A stretch of 64,000 bases of DNA from Eledone cirrhosa (taxonomy: Eukaryota). The stretch lies in NCBI GenBank assembly GCA_964016885.1, contig OZ024740.1, forward strand, positions 258,478,001 to 258,542,000, given 5' to 3'. This document shows positions 53,928 to 64,000 of the stretch, piece by piece (the stretch's first letter is position 1; each line of letters opens with the position of its first letter). The notes under the pieces are model-generated. The model worked only from the letters and a program-made list of their open reading frames with translations, made no database searches and was not told the origin of the DNA. The position numbers were made by a program, and so were the translations under genes.

Positions 53928-54330
53928 TACGTATATTCATAGAAAATGAGAAAACTCCTCTCCAAATACTGTCAAATAGCTATTCTCTGAATTCAAATAT
54001 ATTTCCGCTTCGTCTCGATCAGAGATAACAATGTTTATTCATATATATATATATACAGTGTATATATACACGCATATGTGTATATTATACATACACACAT
54101 TTGCTCACAGCTTCGTACATACAAACACACACTCTTTTACTTACATATACACACATATATACTCTTAGCTTCGTGTATAAGGACACATATACCCACGTAT
54201 GCGCACGCGCACCCGTACAGCTCTACATACAAAACGATTTTTTTTCTCTTTCAGATAGATACGCTCCATCACTACCATTTTAAACAAGTAAATCATACAC
54301 AAAACGTCAGGAAACACAACATTGAATAAG

Positions 54331-54630
54331 AAACACAAATTTAACTAATTTTGTTGAAAACCATACAATGCACTAGAAAGAAAATCAAGATTTCTAAGAT
54401 AACAAAATAATCTTACCATAGCAATTACCAATGTTGTGTCCCTATGAGAGACTTAAAAGATCGATCGTTTAAGTCTCTCACAGGGACACTCCCTTGATAA
54501 AGTGTTTTTTAACCTGAAAATATTTGGGATTATCAAATTTGCTAAGTTAAGATTCTTTTGTAATCTTAGCAATCTTGATTTTCTTTCTAGTGCATTGTAT
54601 GGTTTTCAAAATTAATTAAATTTGCGTTTT
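54331..54630. repeat. Nested inverted repeat: ~95-bp arms, central 54-bp palindrome, hammerhead
   Basis: 54331-54426 vs 54537-54630; palindrome 54436-54489. Confidence 0.88.
54490..54529 (+). ncRNA. Minimal type I hammerhead, U3:A8 core variant
   Basis: TCCC-TTGATAA-AGtGTT-TTTT-AACCT-GAA-AATATT-T-GGGA. Confidence 0.55.
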
Positions 54631-54662
54631 ATATATATATACATGCATACGTATACATACAA

Positions 54663-54742
<80 letters not shown>

Positions 54743-55164
54743 TACATACACATATATATATACATGCATATTTATATATAATATATATACATACACATAT
54801 ATACATGTACATACATACACACATGTATACATACATAGATACATACATACATATATATGTTTGTATATCTATATATATATATTAACATGTACATATGTAG
54901 GTGTGTATATAAATGCAGGTTTGGATATTTTTGTATATACACGCATAGATGTGGATCGATAGGTATAGGTATACATAAGTCCACTTGACTCATCGATTTA
55001 CACTTATGGTACTCAATAATAGGAACCGAAATAAGAATTTTAAAATAATAATAAAAAAGTAGCATCTGAGAAAATTATAAGAAAGAAAAAATACAAAATA
55101 GATAAAGACAATTTTTTATCAAGTAACATAAGCGGAATAAACACTGCCTGGATAGAAATACACT

Positions 55165-55348
55165 GATTGATAGCATCGGTAGAGGGTCGGACGCCATGCT
55201 TTGCAGCAAAGAGTTACGGCCCTTTATGGTCTGAGTTCAAATTCCGCCGAGGTTAACTTTGCCTTTCATCCTTACGGGATCGATAAAATAAAGTACATGT
55301 AATACACTGGCATAATTGCTGGTCTTGTGCCAAAAGTAGAAACAATTA
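55165..55348 (+). mobile_element. SINE (26038 family)
   Basis: Body match. Confidence 0.88.
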
Positions 55349-56025
55349 TATTAACAGCATAAAGTCACACAAATAAACAGAGTGTGGTGAATGATTCCAA
55401 AATCACCCCGAGATAAATGCTTTATATTTGAACCGGACTGAGACTTATTGTAATTTCGTGTGTACTGTGTTTGCTTTATATATTATTTCCCTGTGTAAAA
55501 TGCTATCCCCTTGTATCTCCCTACTACTACGTTTTAAAAAAACATTTCTATTCCTACAAATTTATTAACAAACTTTATTCCAACTATATATAAAAGAAAT
55601 AATAACAGTATTCTAAATAAATAAATAATACATAAGTAATGCCTGGTACATAAATCTACTTACTGCCACATATTAGATAATTCTCCACTCTTGCAATATC
55701 ACAAAACAGATTTCACTCTAACTATTCAAGACAAATAACTACTAACATTGTAAATTGTAATTACATTGTAATTGTAACCAGCCTGTAGTTTTGCACGGTA
55801 AAACAACTCCATCGTTTGATATTGTATTTAGACACGAAACCCTTTGAAGTTGGTAAACTTTATTTTATTTTATATGATTTCCTGGGGATATACGAGTTGT
55901 GTATGGTGCAGTTAACTTTCAACTAATAATTTCCAGTTGTTCCACAAATACATGTACCATTATGACCGTTTTGAAACGGACGTAGAAATAAAAGAATGAA
56001 TGTAAGTTGTTACCTTGACTTTTTG

Positions 56026-56081
<56 letters not shown>

Positions 56082-56206
56082 TGTATATATAGTGTATTTT
56101 GCAATACACTGTATACTTAATTAAAAGCATTTCGAAGGCCTTACGCTATTGTTTTACAGTAGTGACAGTCTCACTTACTTTAATTTTCAGCAAACAGGGG
56201 AGATAA

Positions 56207-56251
56207 AGCTGACAAAGTTCTGTTTCTTACTTTTTGATGCTTATCAAACCT
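56207..56251 (-). ncRNA. Inverted copy of the U3:A8 hammerhead (stem II eroded)
   Basis: Minus strand AGGT-TTGATAA-GCATCAAAAAGTAA-GAAAC-AGAACTTT-GTC-AGCT. Confidence 0.65.
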
Positions 56252-56602
56252 AACTACTCCAGCTGTTTGCTGAAAATCATGAATGCTTGATTCTTATAGA
56301 ATTCTAGTAATAATCAGGAACTGATTATACAAAGCTTTATCTCCCCTGTTTGCTGAAAATTAAAGTGAGACTGTCATTACTCTAAAACAATAGCGTAAGG
56401 TCTTCGAAATGATTTTAATTAAGCATACAGTGTGTTGCAAAATACACTATATATAGATTCATATATATCGCTATTTCAGAGCACCAATTCTAATTTTCAA
56501 TTTCTGCTTGACCGGTAACCGCTCGGTATAATCAGTTCCTGATTGTTACTAGAATTCTATAAGAATCAAGCATTCATGATTTTTCAGCAAACAGGAGTAG
56601 TT

Positions 56603-56647
56603 AGCTTTGATAAGCACCAAAAAGTGCGAAACAGAGCTCTGTCAGCT
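56603..56647 (+). ncRNA. Type I hammerhead ribozyme, U3:A8 variant
   Basis: AGCT-TTGATAA-GCAC-CAAAAA-GTGC-GAAAC-AGAGCTCT-GTC-AGCT; stem I extended by 56581-56595. Confidence 0.82.
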
Positions 56648-56802
56648 TTATCTCCCCTGTCTGCTGAAAATTAAAGTAAGTGAGACTGTCACTACTCTAA
56701 AGCAATAGCGTAAGCTCTTCGAAATGCTTTTAATACAGTATATTGCAAAATACACTATATATACATTCATATATATATCTCTATTTCAGAGCACCAGTTC
56801 TA

Positions 56803-56836
<34 letters not shown>

Positions 56837-56969
56837 GCAGAGGTTATATTTAATTTTTTGGGATACAACAAGCTTAAAAAATGTTTATAAATGATATAAA
56901 GCACTCAACAGTTTAGAGGAGTAAATATATTAACAAATGAAAACTATATTTATAAATCCATAATTTATT

Positions 56970-57030
56970 ATTTTATACATATTTCAAGGGCCACCAAGGC
57001 AAATTATGGTGCGCTTTCATCAGATAAAAT
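56970..57030 (-). ncRNA. Minimal type I hammerhead
   Basis: ATTTTAT-CTGATGA-AAGCGCACCA...TGGTGGCCCTT-GAAA-TATGT-ATAAAAT. Confidence 0.65.
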
Positions 57031-57149
57031 ACAATACAGATTAGTTTTATAAATAAATATTGACATACCCTGAAAAAAAGACAACCTTAACGGTTGGAGT
57101 TCCTGGATAGTGTTATATATATATATTGTTATATATATATATATATATA

Positions 57150-60590
<3,441 letters not shown>

Positions 60591-61172
60591 GTTGTATTGT
60601 ATGCCTACGCCATCTTTATTTAGACTGTTTATATTTTTTTGTCTTCTCTGCGCATGCGTTTGCGTGTGTGTATAGTGTTTCATGTGTGTTCTTGTTTGGG
60701 TGACTGTGTATTGGTTAATGTATTCTATCTTAGTTTACTAGTGTGTGTTTATATGTGTTTGTTGTTATTGTGCTTGTGTATGTATTTATTTATTTATTTA
60801 GACTTATCTTAGGTCAGTAGTGTTTGTTTGGGTGTTGTTGTTATTCCATTCATTCTTTCTGTTTAGCCTTGGCCTTCTAAGTTCTATTTCGCTGGCTTCT
60901 CTGATTTGCCTATCTGCTGGGTCATTTCTATGTTTAGATATTATTCTAATTTCTATGTTGTCTATGTTACCGTCATGTTGTTGTCTGGCATGTTCGTATA
61001 GTACTGAACCGTTTTTTCGTCCTTTTAGTTCCCCCCAGTGTATGTCTATCCTTTCACCTATGCTACGAGCTGTCTCGCCTATGTATGTTGTTATCATGTT
61101 TCTGCAAGTACCCTCTGTACATCTTATGCTATAGACTACGTTTCTAGTTTTACAGTTTATATTATTACACAA
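60591..61172 (-). mobile_element. 3' fragment of a different PLE (GIY-YIG ORF 60804-61172 plus UTR)
   Basis: CKTRNVVY...YIGETARSIGERIDIH...RQIREA...LNRKNEW. Confidence 0.8.
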
Positions 61173-61242
61173 ATATGACTCTCCCCAAATATAACAATAT
61201 TTGTTTCGACAAACGATTTCATTTCAAAAACCTCGCAAAACT

Positions 61243-61300
<58 letters not shown>

Positions 61301-61426
61301 CAATATCGGAGAAAGCTTTTTAGCGGTACTCCGGCCAAATTCCAACTCATTCGACAAACATTAGGAAATAAGTGATTATATTCCCAATTATGCGTTCGGG
61401 GTGCTAAATAGAAGTATTATATATAT

Positions 61427-61875
61427 ATAAATGGAAGAAAATGAAATTTCATTTCTCACGCTTAGTACGGGTGATACTTAAATATAAGTATGTATACTTA
61501 GATACATATATGTATACAGACGTACAGTAGTATGTATATACATACATACATGCACACATATATATATGTACGTATGGGTTTTCAGAACATTTATTATACT
61601 GCTACAAACAAACAGCCCCCGAATTATTATCCGTAAAATGTTCGGCAACCATCGTCGCCATTTTGTTCAACACTAACAAAGGAACCATGAACTAGTTTCT
61701 AGCTTATTAGCTGTCATCAGCACCGTATACCTTCCTGTCAGTTGATTGAACGGTTGAAAGTAGATACTTTCCTTATGCATATTAACGGCTGAGCAGCCTA
61801 ATTTGCATATCGAGTGAGTTAGTCGGCCGGGCGTACCGAAAACGATAAATGGAAAAATGAAATTTCATTTCTCAC
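61427..61875 (-). mobile_element. Terminally redundant 416-nt non-coding unit containing a hammerhead
   Basis: Direct repeats 61427-61459 and 61845-61875; microsatellite flanks. Confidence 0.65.
61685..61725 (-). ncRNA. Minimal type I hammerhead
   Basis: GTG-CTGATGA-c-AGCT-AATA-AGCT-a-GAA-ACTAGT-T-CAT. Confidence 0.72.
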
Positions 61876-62036
61876 TCTATCTATCTATCTATATATATAT
61901 ATATATATATCCTCGCCGTCAGATCACACCAGATTCTCATTCGTTTTGTTATTGCCGCCGTCTGCGCTTTTGTTGTTGGTGTTGTTGTTATAATTGTTGT
62001 TGTTGATGTTGTTGCTGTAGTTGTTATAGTTGTAAC

Positions 62037-62128
62037 TCTTCTTCTTCTTCTTCTTCTTCTTCTTCTTCTTCTTCTTCTTCTTCTTCTTCTTCTTCTTCTT
62101 CTTCTTCTTCTTCTTCTTCTTCTTCTTG
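62037..62128. repeat. (CTT)n microsatellite
   Basis: Seen directly. Confidence 0.98.
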
Positions 62129-62304
62129 ATGTTATTGCGGCTCTTGTTCTTGTTATTGTCTTAGCTATTGCTGTTGTTGTTGTCGTTGATGTTGTTCTGG
62201 CTTTGCTGTTGTTATTGTTTTTGTTGTTGTTGTTGCAGTCATTATTTTTGTGACTATTTATTGTCGTTGTATTTGTTCTTGTTGATGTCATTATTAAGGT
62301 ATCC

Positions 62305-62492
62305 GCGGTGGATTGGCAGTATCTGTAGAAGGTCGGACACCGTGCTTTGCAGCAATGAGGTACGGCCCTTTATGGTCTGAGTTCAAATCCCGCCGAGGTT
62401 AACTTTGCCTTTCATCCTTATGGAGTCGATAACATAAAGTACCAGTAATATACTGGAATAATTGCTGGCCTTGTGCCAAAAGTAGAAACAAC
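62305..62492 (+). mobile_element. SINE (26038 family) with 15-bp target-site duplication
   Basis: TATTAAGGTATCCGC (62292-62306) and TATTAAAGTATCCGC (62493-62507). Confidence 0.9.
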
Positions 62493-62890
62493 TATTAAAG
62501 TATCCGCTGTTTTATTGTTTAGGTTCTGTTCGTTGTAGTTCCGGGTGTGGTAGTTGATAGTGTTGTATTCGTATTTGTTGTAATAGTCATTCGTGTAGTT
62601 ACTGCCATTGAGTTGATGTTCTATTTGTTGTTTATATTGTTGTTGTTGTTGTTGTAGCTGCTGTCATTGTTGTTGTTACTGTTGATGTTCTATTTGTTGC
62701 TTATGTTGGTGTTGTAGCTGTTGATGTCATAGCCTTTGATATTTGTGTTTTTGCTGTTGTTTTGGTGAGAAAGTTAAGAGATTCTGTAAAATAAAAAGAC
62801 CTTTTAATATAATCCAATAATATCTCGCAGATTATAACTAAACTAAGGAGATATTCTCGCCTTTTCTTTTATATCTTCACATAGCTACGA

Positions 62891-62892
<2 letters not shown>

Positions 62893-62962
<70 letters not shown>

Positions 62963-62991
62963 CGTGCGTGTGCGTGTGTGCGTGCGCGCGC

Positions 62992-63068
<77 letters not shown>
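62893..63068. repeat. (TG)n-(CG)n-(TG)n alternating purine-pyrimidine tract
   Basis: Seen directly. Confidence 0.97.
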
Positions 63069-63853
63069 CAAGTGAGAGAGATGACAGGCGAGAGAGATGA
63101 CAGGCGAGAGAGAGAGCAGCTGTATGTGCAGGCGTGTATTTTTGTGAGATTTTGTGTGTGTGTGAATGTGCAAGTGATAAAGATAAAATTGGAAAGAGAG
63201 AGTGGGTGCAAGTGTACGCGCGTTTCTGTATGTGTATGTGTATTTGGATTTCTGTGTGTGCTTTTGTGTGTATGCCTCTGTGTGCAAGAGAGGGAGATAT
63301 ACGGAGAGATGGAGGGAGTGTGTGTGTGTGTCAAGGAGAGCATGTATATATCTTGTCTGTCAAAAAGAATGAGCTTGCAAAAGTATAAAATAAACAACCA
63401 ACGGGATAGATCTCTGTAGGCATGTAGGGCCTGAGAAAGCCATGGGCATTGCCCCTTCCTCTTGAACTTCATGTCTTGTCCCCTTAATCGGTAATTATAA
63501 ATTGTATTTCTTGGCATTTAAAACTGGAGAACTCCAACCTTCTCCTTGTCTGAATGCAACCGACACCCATTTGACGTATCTAAGAATTTGTGTGCAAATG
63601 CAGAACTATGCGTGTGCGTATATATATTTGTATATGCATATATGTACGCGTACGTGTGTGTCTGGCTTTGTAAAAGACACAAACACACACATAGAAATAA
63701 CTACACACATACACATATGCACATAAATAACATATATATATGCACTGCCTATGCTCGCAAACACTTACATACGCCCACACCCCGAAAAGAAAAAGAACCG
63801 ATGTTTATATATACCCAACATCTCACAATCACAACAAACACTGTATATCTTGT

Positions 63854-63958
63854 TGAATCACCAGTCTGAAGAGCGGATCGATAATTGAGACGGGCGTATG
63901 AACTCTTTGTGTGACCTTGAGCCAATCGTCAGTGAAACTGGCGTAACAGATCGATTCA
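63854..63958 (+). ncRNA. Candidate hammerhead with long stem II
   Basis: TGAATC.accagt-CTGAAGA-GCGGATCGAT...ATCGTCAGT-GAAAC-TGGC-GTA-acagatc.GATTCA. Confidence 0.45.
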
Positions 63959-64000
63959 CAATTGAAAAAAAAACTAAATGCATGCCTGTGCATCGAGTGC

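Larger units (their letters stand above)
56071..56804 (+). mobile_element. Retrozyme-like non-coding tandem/inverted element with a 311-nt monomer
   Basis: Monomer 56333-56643, partial repeat 56644-56804, inverted copy 56071-56330; flanked by (TA)n. Confidence 0.8.

Noticed and set aside
60804-61172. Naiad/Chlamys-type N-terminal EN element
   Set aside because: The EN has its own stop and UTR-like spacer, and the downstream RT already has a C-terminal EN.
61801-61808. Octamer motif ATTTGCAT
   Set aside because: A single 8-mer inside a repeat element with no associated snRNA or promoter evidence.

Overview
AT-rich, microsatellite-saturated eukaryotic DNA with no recognisable host gene. The SINE families and repeat landscape look like an octopod cephalopod; this is inferred, not proven. 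Coding remnants are all mobile elements: Tx1/L1 (2 copies), CRE-like RLE (2), R4/Dong-like RLE (2), RTE (several), Penelope-like elements (PLEs) with RT and/or GIY-YIG (4), a mariner remnant, a pogo/Tigger-like MITE and many tRNA-derived SINEs. The signal invisible in the ORF track is a dense set of type I hammerhead ribozyme (HHR) motifs from many unrelated families, about 15-20 including decayed ones, mostly in short segments between (TA)n tracts. Highlights: (i) a 311-nt non-coding retrozyme-like tandem unit that starts exactly at its predicted self-cleavage site and carries a compensatory U3:A8 core; (ii) a 416-nt terminally redundant unit containing an HHR; (iii) an HHR with a branched ~88-nt stem II in the inverted pseudo-LTRs of a young PLE; (iv) fold-back palindromes built from HHR halves. 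All structures were paired by eye; nothing was computed or searched.
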